Notes under the pieces: generated by a model | What the model was told of the DNA's origin: nothing | The model's database searches: none | What the model saw: only the letters and a program-made list of their open reading frames with translations | NCBI RefSeq assembly: GCF_006345805.1 | Contig: NC_042999.1 | Location: 129,828,001-129,892,000 of the forward strand | DNA from: Octopus sinensis | Lineage: Eukaryota | Reading direction: 5' to 3' | Length of the DNA: 64,000 bases | Position numbers and translations under genes: made by a program | Shown here: one piece after another, positions 48,119 through 61,553 of the stretch | Numbering within the stretch: the first letter of the stretch is position 1 | How the letters are laid out: every line of letters starts with the position of its first letter

Positions 48119-49002
48119 TTAATCAGCACATTTTGTTTCATTACTTAAAAATTAGAACTGGAAATGAATGTTTAACAATAAAAACATAAGACTGATAAAA
48201 TATTAACATTGGATGTTTCTAGCAGAATGATGATTATATTTAAAGAGAGAAATAAACAGATTTTTAGCTATTTTATATATGTTCATGATTTAGTAAATCT
48301 GAAATTTTTTTCCCTCTCAAACTTTAGATAAAATTTACAAGACCGCTCAAAAATAAAAAAATATTAAATCTACTTAATAAACTAGGAAAGACTTGGATTA
48401 ATTATTGGGAACGCAAATGTAATTTTAAGAGGGTTGTGCTTTCTTCCAATGTTGTAGGAATGAGTCTTGTCTTGTCTTATAATGGCATTCATCTGGGAGG
48501 GGTTAAGCCAGCTCCTAGTTGTGAGTTCATAGGAGTTTCAAGGGATGATCAGAGGCTACAAAAATAGTTCCCGTCTGTATTTGTAAGCCACCATACACAA
48601 CCAGTGGGAGGTCGTCCTTGTATTGCACCTTCTTGCTGCAAGATGCCTGCAGACAAAATCCAATGCCACCAGGAAGCTACCAGATTCTGGGATAGACGCT
48701 ACCCCTGAAATTCACCATTGCCTTCCAGTTAGCTGGGTTGCAGCCTTAGCACTGCCAGAATCAGATCTGTTTGCCTTGGATGGCACTACCAGACCTCAAT
48801 GGCATAGCTCTGACACTCATTCATTTAATCTTCCCACTACAATGAGGTCAAGGGTTGGACTTTGTGGAAGAAAGAATATGTGAGGTTGATGCTTATCTCC
48901 CGAGAGGTAAGAGGTAAGTTGTTCATATTTTCTCACTGTGAGGGTAGCAATATCACTAAAGTAAATGTTTATGTGATTGTGAAAGAAATATTTAATTCTT
49001 AC

Positions 49003-49071
49003 CTGATTAATAGTATTACAACTTTTGGTTATAGTTCCTAAGTAGGACATGAGACAAACATCATTGCATTG
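49003..49071 (-). CDS. COPS6: COPS6 coding exon
   Basis: QCNDVCLMSYLGTITKSCNTINQ; AG/GT boundaries, phase 0/0. Confidence 0.97.
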
Positions 49072-49931
49072 CTAGAAAAACAAAACAATTTTCTTTAATC
49101 TATAAATCAAGTATTGATTGAGTGATTGGTAGAAATAACATTAAATGTAATTCATAATATTTAAAACATGAAATACCAATTTCAATTTAAAACAGAATTA
49201 AGTAAACAATAGGTTGATGACTATTTATTTGATTTTGCTGTTTTTATTATTACATTTAATTTTTTTCCCATTTAGACACAGGTTTTATGAGTTTACTGAC
49301 TCCTAATCTATTAACAAAACCTGTTCCCTTGATCTTGCAAAACTATCCAATCTACATTAGCAGGAAAAATTAATATAAAAATAAGAGAAGTATTGTAATA
49401 TTGAAGAAGGTAAAGAGAGAGAAAAGAGAAAGCTTCTGACAATGCAAAAAGTTTTATAAAACCTTTATATTTCAGGAATAAGAAATCCAACAAGTAAGAG
49501 GTTAAGTCAATTACATCGACCCCATTGTTCAACTTGTACTTATTTTAGTAACCCTGAAAGGATGAAAGGCATAGTTGACCTCAGAATGTAAGGACAGATG
49601 AAATGCCAAAGCATTTTGCCCAGCATGCTAATGAGTCTAACAGAAATATTAGAAATCACCTCCTAGCTAAATGTACCTCCTAATTTTTTTTCATTTCAAA
49701 TTTAAATCATATTATTGTAGTAACATTGACTAAATCTAAAATGGGTTCTTCAGTTTTCCATGTAATGCTTCATGATGGAATTAAGGGCTAAACTTCAAAT
49801 ATTCATGAAAATGATTGGTATAGCTACATTTCTTTTTCAGAGAAGTAATACACTTGTGGCAAAGTTTAAAAAAAAAAATTGATGTCTCCATACAGATATT
49901 ATCAGAACAAACAAACTATTATTTTACTTAC

Positions 49932-50032
49932 AGTGTAAAAATCTTCTCGAAATTTGGGTGTGTTGATGACTGGCAGTCGATAACACAAGCTGTAGGCTTC
50001 TCGGAGAATATCATGGTTCATTTTTAAATCAC
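49932..50032 (-). CDS. COPS6: COPS6 coding exon
   Basis: (G)[33 protein letters not shown]; AG/GT. Confidence 0.97.
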
Positions 50033-51335
50033 CTGCAAAAGAAAGGTAATGATGATAAAGCTGGTCACTGGTGACACTTGTAATTTTTCTTTGTAAAGAT
50101 AAATATTGGGTCAACCAAAGCCTTGTGAGTGGATTTGGTAGATGGAAACTGAAAGAAGCCTGTCATATATATATGTATATATCTATGTGTGTGTCTTTGT
50201 GTTCATCCCCAACCACCACTTAACAATCGGTGTTGGTGTGTTTACATCCCCATAACTTAGCAGTTTTCAAAAGCAGCCGATAGAATAAGTACTAGGCTTA
50301 AAGAAAAATAAATCCTGGGTTGATTTGTTCAAATAAAATCCTTCAATACTATTCTCCCACTCAGTAGAGGTGTGTTGTCTTTTGAGTTAATTGATGATTT
50401 CACTAGTACCAGTGTCATGAATTAAAAAGCATCCACATCCAATACACTCTGTAAAGTGGTCTGCATTAGGAAAGGCATCCAACTATAGAAACATACCAAA
50501 GCAGACAATGGAGCTCATTGCATTCACCAAACCCATGCAAGCATGGAAGACGACCATTACATAACGTTGATGAGTCATCAAAATTATATTTTCAATAAAG
50601 GTTAGTTTATATTATTTTACTAGTTTCAGTCATCGGCCTGAGCCATTTTAGGACAACAATTTCAAGATTTATAGTCAATCACTAACCCTAGTAGTAATTT
50701 TGTTTGGTACTTATTTTATAAACCTGTGTTTAAAAATTGGTAACTTATCATATTTTGTGTAAAGGGATGCAATTTGACACAATATTTTACATAAACATAG
50801 ATTCACATGTGATTTTTATAAGACTGCAATGAGTTTCCACAGTTTCTGTCTATCAAATTCCACACATAAGGTATATGTATACTATACATATATATATACA
50901 CACACTATTTTATCATCACTGTTTAACATCCACTTTTCCATGATGGCATGAGTCAGATGGAATTTGTTGAGACAGATTTTCTACAGCTGAATGCCCTTCC
51001 TGTTGCAAACCCACCTGTTTCCAACAAAGAGATATTTTCACATGGCTAAACATGCTTTTCCTGGAAGACAGGAAATGAACAACCTCACTTATACAACAGT
51101 GATGTTCATTTACAATCATTATCAAATGTCAAGACAAGGGTAAACACAAACATATACATAATATAAAACAGGCTTCTTTCAGTTTCCACCAACTAAATCC
51201 ACTAACATGGCTTTAGTTGGCTAGGGACTATATTAGAAGACTAAGCTCAAGGTGCTTCACTGGAACTGAACCGAAGACCACATGGTTGGGAAGTAATCCT
51301 CTTCACCACACAAACCACAGTGTGGTTATATATAT

Positions 51336-52427
51336 TGTTGTGAGTTCAACTTAGGGACAGTTGATTGCGACCTACTTTTGGGATAAACCGATTGTTCTGT
51401 CGGATTCACGAAGGAGTAATGAGCTTTTAGGGGACCTTTGGCCTTGTGCCGGTCAACGAAAGTTCGTTGTAAACACCCCTTAAAAAGGAGGAACTTTGAG
51501 CTGTAAAGACAGTCGGCCGGAAACTCTGCGAGAGGCAAGTCAGTCGAGGACAGAGCAAGTTGTTTCTGCTGTGAGAGATGAAGAGGCAGTTGGCAGTTGG
51601 GATTTAGCAGTGGCTGTTCTGCTGTGACAGTGTACTGAAAGAGGAAGACAGTCATGAGAGTATGACAGTAGAGTGAGAGGATGAGGGGTTGAGGAAGACA
51701 TACAATAGGATTAAGCAGTTAATAGCGATGGACTACGGTGTGAGGCATTGGCTGTTGTACGGTATGTGTTTAATTATGTTTTGATATGTGAAGAAAAAGA
51801 AGGAAAGAGTTGTGGTATTTATGTTCAGAATTGTTGTGGAAAAGAAAGAACAGTGCTAAAAGGCTGGAAAAGAAATGTATAAAGACATTATGTTAAAGAA
51901 TCGAACATTGTGAATTGTGTTGATATGTGAATTATGTAAAAAGAATTGTATTGATACGTGTTACAAAAAAAGGAGAAAGAAGTGCTAAAGAGAAAAAGAA
52001 AGACTCTGATATAGTCTTTAAAGACTGAAAAGAACTCTGAACTGTATCGTTAATGTGTACGTTAATTGTAACGTGAATTATTTGTGACATGAACATTGTA
52101 TACCTGTTTCTTGCATGTGTTTTCTTTAAATGCTGTTGTTATATTGCATCTGCATGCTGTTGATTCTGTTGCTTGTATTTATCTGATGTATCACATTGTA
52201 TTTGTTGTAATAGTCATGTAAACTAGTAGGTTAAATGTAAGCCGATTGCCTCTGTGTCTCTTCCTGCTGCTGTTGTTGTTGTTATCTCTCTCCTCTCTGA
52301 GTTCCGTGGCGAACTTTCCCGATCGATCGAGCCTGGTCAATCGTCGTCGCTCGACTTGTTGGGATCCCAGGTTCGAGTTCGAGCGACGGCAGGTGGGATT
52401 CCGTAACAATTTTGGGGTTCCGTAACA
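51336..52427 (+). mobile_element. Solo LTR (probably Gypsy-type), orientation uncertain
   Basis: TGTT...AACA termini, flanked by ATAT(AT) on both sides (TSD), non-coding, more CpG-rich than the flanks; located in a COPS6 intron. Confidence 0.65.
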
Positions 52428-52578
52428 ATATATATATTAGTGTAAATCACTTAAAGTGCTGTTCAGTAAGATCAAACCTAGAACCAAAAGGTTCTTAAAA
52501 TTATTTGGCTATTCCTACAGATAAGTCAAAGTATTAGAAACAGAATTAGCAACTTGCTTAAAAAACAAAAACAGTTAC

Positions 52579-52671
52579 CTGCTTGAACAGCTTTAATGTA
52601 CTGTAGTAATAGCTTCACTCGGCTGTCTAGCATTTTAATAGAACTGTGTTGAGCAATCAGATGTTCTGCTA
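52579..52671 (-). CDS. COPS6: COPS6 coding exon
   Basis: (V)[30 protein letters not shown](G); AG/GT, phase 1/1. Confidence 0.97.
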
Positions 52672-54183
52672 CTAAAAAAAATATTAGAATATGGGAAGTA
52701 TAACTGAATTTAAGATAATGGTCAATTAAATTTAAAACAAAAACAGAGTGTCTACAGACTCTTTAGTCAGAATGCTGTTATTTGTGACTGTGTTTCTTGT
52801 ATTTTGAAGCTAATTAAGTATAGATCATAAAATGGTCCAGACAATAGAGTACTGGACTAAATGCATAAAAAGTATCAAGTTCAATCCCTTGCTGTTTCTG
52901 AGTTCAAATCCTATTAGGTTGTTGTGGCTAACATACTTGGGTCAATATTAAATAGTAAATACCTCTCCAATGAAATAAAGACCCCATGCCTGGTCAAGAG
53001 AAACCAATATTGCAATTTATTACACACACATAAGTAACAAGACTTATGTTTAATAGAGAAATTGTAGTTCACCCTTTAGCATTCAGATTACTTGGTCAAA
53101 CGCAATGTTTATTTATTCACATTGTTTTGAATTAATCATGCATTTTCTCATAGATTCAAGATTTTGATAATGAGATTGTTTATTTTTTTAGAATGATATT
53201 GTTGGGTAGGAGTCAAAGGCTAATCTGACCAGTCTACATGTAAAATAAGTATAATATTTGGACTAGATATGACCAGTTTAACTCCCAAACTACACAAGTA
53301 TTGATTTCTAAGCTTGACCAAAGCACACAACTCTACTTTCCATTTAGCTAGAGTGTGTTCCTCATGCTCATTTTATGGTTGCATCTTTGAGAAAATCAAT
53401 CTTGGCAATTTAGTACCTAATCCAAGTTCATGTAAAAAGTTCCAATTTAAAACTCTATTCAACTAATGTTAAAGCAGAAAATAGAAATCTTTGTAGGTGG
53501 ATATTTGATTATTAATATAAGGTGATTAACACGAATGTTCCAAACAATGTGTGTATAGTAAATTCGGTTAAAACAAAGCTCTTTGCAAAAAAGGGAAAAG
53601 AGAACTGATTTGATACTAATATATTTGCTTAGTCATTCCTCCACCAATCTTTAGAGACACATGGAATGATGTCTGTTGTCTCAATGGGTTGTACAGCACA
53701 ATATTCACAAAAGACTAAATCTAGTACTGCCAGCTAAAGGAATACTTGTCAATTTTACAATGCTACATCTTGTAGCAGTGAACTATAACTTCTCTGGATC
53801 TTGTAATACCCACTCAAAAAACCAACTAAAGTTTTTTCCCAACTCCACTGTTTATATAAGATTTATATATATATATATATATATTAATCTGTGTAAGAAT
53901 TAAGTGAAGTGCAACGCACAACAAATTGTTGAGAAATATATATGCTGTGCACTTAATTATAAAGTAACAGAAAATATAAAAACTGCAAAAACTTATAGAA
54001 TAAAATTTAAGGAAAATAAGATAGTTAAGATTCAGTTGTATAACACCTGTATTTGAACAATAAAATTTGTGAAAAATGAAGAAAAAATAACATTTGTGTA
54101 ATAATGGTTTATATTTTTATCTGATATAAGAAAGAAAAACAAATTAAAAAGCTTTTAAGAAATTTTGGAATTTTACAACTTAC

Positions 54184-54298
54184 CTGATGAACTTTCTCCT
54201 GAATCTGAAGTAGAAACCCTTGCTACATGGTCAACACCAATTCTCTCAGCTTCTTCAGTGGCAAGAGTGTACTCAAGGGATACAAACAGTAAAGTGGA
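54184..54298 (-). CDS. COPS6: COPS6 coding exon
   Basis: [38 protein letters not shown]; AG/GT. Confidence 0.97.
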
Positions 54299-55269
54299 CT
54301 ACAATGAACACAGAAAAGAGCAAGTTGAAAAATCTACACAGATATTAAAATGATACATTTCATGTGTCTAGTTATAAAACATTTGAAGGATGAAGACTGC
54401 AGCAAAAAAAGATATCACTAAACATGTCGTTTCATTAACACAACATTTTCAGGAAAAAAAAACAAAAGAACAACTGCTGCTTGTCAAAAAGAGATACAAG
54501 AGAGTTTTCTAGTGAAGGACTGTTTTTAAGATAATCTGAAACATAAACACCGAAGTGTTATAAAATGTCCTCTTTCCGAGATAGTAACATGTTTGTTTGT
54601 ACAGTGGGTAGAGGAGTATGAGCACTATTCAACAATATTACTGAAGAATCACAAATGGATGAGTTGTAACATGTTGGAGGACCAGTGATCTGTATCTTGT
54701 GGCCAACACTGCACTTTATCCCTAGCAAACATATCTAACTTTTACTGACTTCCTCTACCTACCTTATAAATAGATACTATGTATCTGTCAGAATACTACT
54801 TAAGCCCTGTCTAACTAAAAACTAACTATTTTGTGGTGCTGATAAGAGAGAAGTCTTGTCCCTAATAATATTGGTTGCAAATTTTGGCACAAGACCAGCA
54901 ATTTCAGGGAGGGAATAAGTCGATTACATCAACCCCAGTGTCCAACTGGTACCTATTTAATTGATCCCCAAAGGGATGAAAGGTAAAGTCAACCTCGGTG
55001 AAATTTGAACTCAGAATGTAAAGACAGACAGAATGTTGTTAAGCATGCATTTTGCCCAGCATGCTAATGATTCTGCCAGCTCACCACTTCTTCATCACTA
55101 TTAATATTACCACTATGCTATGACACCTCTCATCAAAATAGAATGAGAGCTAAGGAGCCTTGACAAAAAAAAAAGAAAACACTAAAGTAACTTTAGAAAG
55201 TCATCCAATATAAATCACTACAAAAAGATAAAGTGCCAAAATTAACTAGAATTTAATAAACTAATCCGT

Positions 55270-55605
55270 TACCAGCCTTGCCTGGCCCCCATGCCGGTGG
55301 CACGTAAAAAGCACCATCCAATTGTGGCCATTGCCAGCCTTGCCTGGCTCCTGTGCCGGTGGTACGTAAAAAGCACCATCCGATCATGGCCATTGCCAGC
55401 CTCGCCTGGCTCCCGTGCCGGTGGCACGTAAAAAGCACCATCCGTCCATGGCCGTTTGCCAGCTCCGTCTGGCACCTGTGCGGGCGGCACGTAAAAAGCA
55501 CCCACTACACTCATGGAGTGGTTGGCGTTAGGAAGGGCATCCAGCCGTAGAAACACTGCCATATCAGACTGGGCCTGATGTAGCCTTCTGGCTTCACAGC
55601 ATGCT
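55270..55605 (+). mobile_element. RTE LINE 3' UTR fragment with ~57-bp tandem units
   Basis: Four units of GCCAGCCTTGCCTGGCTCC.GTGCCGGTGGCACGTAAAAAGCACC, then GTGGTTGGCGTTAGGAAGGGCATCCAGC; same architecture as 31040-31330. Confidence 0.75.
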
Positions 55606-55607
55606 TC

Positions 55608-56278
55608 CATGAAATTCTATTCTCTGCAGGGAAAAACCGTGGCCAAAAGTTGTAATGCTTCAAATAGCTTACATGGATACTTCCAAGTGCAAAACAAGTT
55701 TACAAGTGGTTTTCACATTTTAGGAATGGTTACTTGAAGACCAACCTCATTCAGGGCGTCTGTCAGCCTCCCAAATGAATGAAAACATCATGAAAATTCA
55801 TGAACTGATCTTGGAGGACCATCACTGAACAACTGACAAACTTGTTGATATGACTGGTGTGTCCTAGACCTCCTGCCAACAAATTTTGAGCAAGGAATTA
55901 CGAATGAAAAGAGTTACTGCAAAATTTGTGCCTCGCTTGCTCACGGAAGATCAAAAGCAGTCCTTACTGAATGTGTGTCGTAAACTCAAAGAACAGTTGG
56001 AAATTGATCTGGACCCTTTTATGAAGGTCATCACAGGTGATGAGAGCTGGTACTACAGAATTTGAAGACATGGAAGAGGTGAAGAAAAAAACAACAGAGG
56101 CATTAAAAGACATAACTTTGCAAGAGTTCCAGCACTGCTTCGAACAGTGGAAAATGTGTCTGGACCTATGTGTTGCTTCAAATGGAGAATACTTTGAAGG
56201 CAATAAAAGTGTAAACATGTAAAACTAAGTGAACAAAATAACACTGCAAAATTTTGGTTTCTTTTGGGTACTCCCTCA
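55608..56278 (+). mobile_element. Internally deleted mariner (DD34D) element
   Basis: RMKRVTAKFVPRLLTEDQK...KVITGDESWYY joined directly to FEDMEEVKKKTTEAL...CFEQWK..CVASNGEYFEG; right end ...CTCCCTCA followed by TA. Confidence 0.85.
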
Positions 56279-56795
56279 TATATACTTTTGCCTCACCTAT
56301 AGAATTGATATCAAGCAGTTAATGGCCTCAATATTTATTCGAATGATATGGTGACAAGCTAGCAGAATTGTTAGCACACTAGGAAAAATGTTTAGTGGTA
56401 TTTTGTCTGTCTATTATGTTCTGAATACAAATGCTGCCAAGGTTAACTTAGCCTTTCATCCTTTCAGTGGTCATTAAAATAAGTACTAGTTGAGCACTGG
56501 GGTCAATTTAATTGACTTACTCCTTCCTCAAAATTGCTGGCCTTGTGCCAAAATTTGAAACCAATATATGTGATATATAAAAATAATTCATTTGTATGGG
56601 TCTATATGGTACAACAGTGAAGTTAAAGTAAATGAAACACTAGCTATTTAAAGAGTTAATAGCAGTAATAATTTATGAAAGATACTGAAACATTTTAAAT
56701 AACTTTTATAAGAAACATACTACACTATACTAGACATCTTGGATATTAATTTTAAAAGTATGGGAGTCAAAAGCAAGAAGGAATAGCATACATAC

Positions 56796-56834
56796 CTGAC
56801 CGTTTATAAGGGATTCATATAAAGTAACAGGTAA
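56796..56834 (-). CDS. COPS6: COPS6 39-bp coding exon
   Basis: TTTTTTTCCACAG|LPVTLYESLINGQ|GTATGT; phase 0/0. Confidence 0.9.
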
Positions 56835-56937
56835 CTGTGGAAAAAAAAATACATATATATTTTCAAAATATTCTGTTAATTACAAAAAAGATGAAAATAG
56901 GTAAATAGAAATTTATTGAAGCTTGAGAAATACATAC

Positions 56938-57000
56938 ATCAGTGTGTCCTGCTAAGGGATTCAGCTTGAGAAATATTGGACTTTCATTAATACGACACAT
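56938..57000 (-). CDS. COPS6: COPS6 coding exon
   Basis: MCRINESPIFLKLNPLAGHTD; AG/GT. Confidence 0.95.
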
Positions 57001-58500
57001 CTGTAAATGACCAAACAATATTATTAATATTCAAAATTCAAATATACAACTAATATTTAAAAATAACTTTTATTTCTTTAACTCTTCAGCTTTCAGATTA
57101 CTCTATCAAATGTAATTCTTATTTATTGATATCATTTTGAATTAATCATGCAGTATCTCATAGCTTCAAGATTTTGATGATGATTGTTTACTTTTTACAG
57201 TGACATTGTAGGGTAGGTGTGAGGCCAGATCTAGTTGGTATGAACATATTAACCAAGTAGAATATTTTGGTCTAATATGGCTGGTTTAAATGTGGAAGGG
57301 TTAATGACCCCAAGGGTCATAGAATGTACTGTAAAGCAATATGCAGTAGATTACAGTGAAAAGAAACAAATTCTATTCCAGTTTACATTTTATCATCATT
57401 TAATATATACATTTCCATGCTTGTATGAGTCAGATGGAATTTTTTAAAAAAGATTGTCTATGGCTAATTGACTTTACCATCATCTGTTTCTAAAGCAAGG
57501 TAATATTTTTCCCATGTTTAGACATGGGCAACTAAAAATAAATGACACCATTTGTATGATGGTGACACTCTTTAACAACGCTAACAAGACACACACATAG
57601 CTCAGCTTCTATCTAAGTCCACTCACAAGGCTCTGATTGGATTGGCACTATAATAGAAGACACTTTCTCAAAGTGCCTTGCAGTGGGATTGAACCCAAAA
57701 CCAAGTGGTTGGGAAACAAACTTTTTAACCACACAACCATGCCTGCATCCTGATTTTTAAATGGATAAGCAATAAAATGAAACAATTCTGAAACATGCTT
57801 GTTTTAATAGGTGATAGTTGTTTATATAATTGGATGGAAATGCAGCGAGCTATATTTCTGTTAAACAGCCAATTAAAAAAACCTTACCTACTTTAAAATT
57901 GTAACTATAAGAAACAAGGCAGCCTACATTTTTAATGTTCTTAGTAGTTGTGATAAACTTTAATTTCTTAATAATGTTTTCTTTTAAGTACAATTGTGTT
58001 TTTCAGCTTAATTATGACATCTATTCATATTCCAGGCGCTATGAAATTTCAAAATTATGTGAACAAATTACATTTTCAAATAAACTGAAACTATTCTGAA
58101 AACTGTCGCAGGAAATGAAAAAAAATGAATTCTAAGCCAAACTGAAATTATGTAATTAGATAACTCTCTTGTTAACCCATTATCATTTAGACTACTCTGT
58201 TAAATGTAATGCATATTTATTCACATTGTTTTGAAATGACTGTGCATTATCTTGTAGCTTCAAGATTTTGATTATGTGATCCTTGATTTTTAGAAACACA
58301 TTGTAAGATAGGTGTGAAAGGCTGGATCTGGCCAGTTCAAACATACAATAAGTGGAATATCTAGGCTGGATATGGCCAGTTTAAATACTAAAGGGTTATG
58401 ATGTGCAATATGTTACATGATTTACAAGCAAAAGAATTTAGATAAAAACTATTTGAAGCTGAATAGGTGAAGCAACAATGAAAGGCAATGTAGGTATTAC

Positions 58501-58589
58501 CTGTCTGTGTACTTTAATGTCACTAAGAGTTGGAGGACCTCCTGTTGTGTACCAACCAAGGAAATCCATATCACTAAATACTTGTTTGA
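58501..58589 (-). CDS. COPS6: COPS6 coding exon (MPN domain)
   Basis: (F)[29 protein letters not shown]; AG/GT. Confidence 0.97.
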
Positions 58590-59382
58590 CTGGAAAGAAA
58601 TAAACAAAAATAATGCTTTAATCAGTTGTTGAAAGTGACAAATGAAGTCAAAGAAAATTAAATATTAAACAGCAAGAAAAGTTGATTGAAAAAGAAACTG
58701 CAACAATGCAAGTTAGAACAAAGTAAAAACAAAAACAATGGCTAACAAAGTTTATTATATTTAACATTTCTGCCATTCAAAGCTCTAATCATCAATGGAA
58801 GAGAATGATACATCATTCTGACATGAAAAGATGGATGGATGGAACAGAATAGCAACATGTACAGTTTGATAGTGTTAATACTAACAGATTAGCATCACCA
58901 TAATTCTAGTATGTTGTTGAGAGTGGTTTTTAACTGTTTAATAAAAATAAGAGAAAATCCAGAGAAAATGCAGTGTAAGTCAACATCAGCAACAAGTACC
59001 ATATTTTAACATGTATAAGGAACCCATTTTTGCCAAAAATTAGATTAAAAAATATAGGAGTTTCTTATACATGGATAGTATTATAATCCCTTACAAAATC
59101 TTTTTTCCAAATTTTAAGCCCCAAAAATTAGGGGATTCCTTATACATGTTAAAATACGGTAATTCATGAGGAAGTGTAATAGTTAAAATACAGTTGCCAC
59201 AAGGAATGGAAAAATTCTGTCAATTCAAGTTCAGGCCCTTTATTGAGAAAGGGAAGAAATATAGTCATGTCTCTGCCAAAACTATAAATATTTCAGGCAA
59301 TTGCTGAGAGGCTCTTGTGTTGTTTCATTTTGTTGAAACTGGTGTTGACTATATTTTTTGTGAGAATTTGTCCAATTTCAAA

Positions 59383-59810
59383 CAATAGGTGTAGGCATGG
59401 TTGTGTGGTAAGGAATCTGCTTCCCAACCACATGGTTTTGGGTTTGATCACACTGCAAGACATCTTGGGTGTCTTCTACTATAGTCCTGGGCTGATAAAA
59501 ACTTTGAGTGGATTTGGTAGACAGAAACTGAAAGAAGCCTGTCATGTGTAGAAGTATATATATATATACACACACACACTTATATACATACATGTGTATG
59601 TATATGTCTGCCCATCCTTTGAAAACCAGTATTGGTATGTTTGTGTCCCTATCTCTTTAACTTGGTGATTCAGTAAAAGTGATTGTTAGAATAAGTACCA
59701 AACTTAAAAAAGAATAAGTACGGGGATTAATTTGTTTCAGTAAAATCCTTCAAAGCAGTGTGCCCCAACCTGGCCACAGTCCAATGACTGAAATAAGTAA
59801 AAGAAAAAAA
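59383..59810 (+). mobile_element. SINE family A copy
   Basis: GGTGTAGGCATGGTTGTGTGGTAAG head through the ...ATGACTGAAATAAGTAAAAG tail. Confidence 0.8.
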
Positions 59811-60269
59811 AAATAATGCAGCATTGCAGTAATAATAATGTCAGTTGCTATACCTTATGGTACAACCATTTTTATTGGCTGGAATAATGTTCAGACATAG
59901 CACTTGATGTAAGATGTCTGAACATTTAATGCTTGGTTCATGTTCTTATGGCCAGTACATTCTGTTCTATATTTTAGTGATGAAGAATTATTTACATTGG
60001 ACAGATATGTGTCTTCATCTTGTTTATTGTAAATCAGCCGAAAAGTTGTGGGAACAACAAACAAGATGAGGACACATATCCGTCTAATGTAAATAATGTC
60101 CAGTACATTCTGTAAAGTGGTTGGCATTAGGAAGGATATCCAGCTGTCCTTCCTAATGCTGAAGTAGACTATGGAACCTGGTACAGCCCTGGCATTGCCA
60201 GTTCCTGTCAAGCTGTCCAACCCATGACAGCAGGCAAAATAGACATTAAATGTTGATGATGATAGTTAT

Positions 60270-60465
60270 TCTTTTATTTCAGTCATTTTGAATGCAGCCA
60301 TGCTGAAGCACTGTCAAGCAAATTGACCCCAGGACTTATTCTTCATAAGCCTAGTACTTATTCTATCTGTCTCTTTTGCCGAACTGCTAAGTTACAGGGA
60401 CGTAAACACACCAGCATTGGTTGTCAAGCTATGTTGGAGGTGGGGACAAATACAGACACACAAAC

Positions 60466-60496
<31 letters not shown>

Positions 60497-61553
60497 TCAT
60501 CATCATCATCATCATCATCATCGTTTAACGTCCGCTTTCCGCGCTAGCACGGGTTGGACGGTTTGACCGGGTCTGGGAAGCCAAGGGCCGCACCAGGCTC
60601 CAGTCTGAATCTGGCAGAGTTTCTACGGCTGGATGCCCTTCCTAACGCCAACCACTCCGTGAGTGGATTGGGTGCTTTTTACGTGCCACCTGCACAGGGG
60701 CCGGAGGGTCCGGCATCGTCACGATCGGTTCGAGCATTTTAACGCGTCAGCGGCACGGGGGCAACGAGGTCCGGGGTACTTTGGGGATCCGGGGTACTTA
60801 GAATGGGTAGGGGGTATGTGGAATTGCTGCAGAAAGCAGCCCGGGTCTTTGTAGTCACAGCATTTATCGTCACTGAGTAACGTAATTAGGTAGAGGAAAG
60901 AAATACAGATATTCTAGAGTTGAGTTGGGGAGGGAGGGGTCCAGTTGAGGCGGGTAATATAGGGGAGCAACCAGTGGGGAAGGTTGGGGTATGGAGGAAC
61001 GATGGCAGGAAGGGGTTGGTGAAGGTTCCTAAGAAATAAAACTTAGGATATTACGAGGCGGGAGGGTACTAAAGGGGATGGTCGGAATGAGGCAGTGTCA
61101 GGAGGAAGCGTAAGACCGGTGGGCAGTTGATGAGCTATGGCGCTAGCAGCTTCTCTTTTCACAGTGAAAGCACATGAGGAGAAGGGGTAGTGGGGGGAGG
61201 GGGAGGGGGTAGGGCGTACCCGGTGTAGATGAGTAAGGCGTATCCGGTGTAGATGGTGAGTGGGGGGAGGGAGTAGGGCGTACCCGGTGTAGATGAGTAA
61301 GGCGTATCCGGTGTAGATGGTGAGATCAGGGTATACTGGTGGTGGTGGTGGTGAGAACAGAGTTCACCGGTATTGGTGGTGGGGGTGGGGACAATGGGCT
61401 TCTTTCAGTTTCCATCTACTAAATCCACTCACAAAGCTTTGGTTGGCCTGAGGCTATAGTAGCAGACACTTACCCAAGGTACCACGCAGTGGGACTGAAC
61501 CCGAAACCATGTGGTTGGTAAGTAAGCTACTTATCACACAGCCACTCCTGCGC
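60270..61553 (-). mobile_element. SINE family A split by a nested insertion (60270-60497 and 61396-61553)
   Basis: The two halves join into a normal family A copy at its central (TA) linker. Confidence 0.75.
60498..61395 (-). mobile_element. Young non-autonomous retroposon: GC-rich non-coding body + RTE 3' tail
   Basis: (CAT)n tail with a CpG-intact RTE end (CGTTTAACGTCCGCTTTCC...GGATGCCCTTCCTAACGCCAACCAC) fused to ~650 bp of G-rich sequence containing a 52-bp direct duplication (61209-61260 / 61273-61324). Confidence 0.7.

Noticed and set aside
52630-52640. KMLDSRV versus human KMLHSRV in COPS6 as a recoding/editing site
   Set aside because: A-to-I editing cannot convert GAC to CAC, and the position varies among CSN6 orthologues as recalled.
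55270-55530. Regularly spaced ~57-bp units (also 31040-31260) as a CRISPR-like array
   Set aside because: The units are whole tandem repeats without unique spacers, part of an RTE 3' UTR, in a eukaryotic genome with no cas genes.
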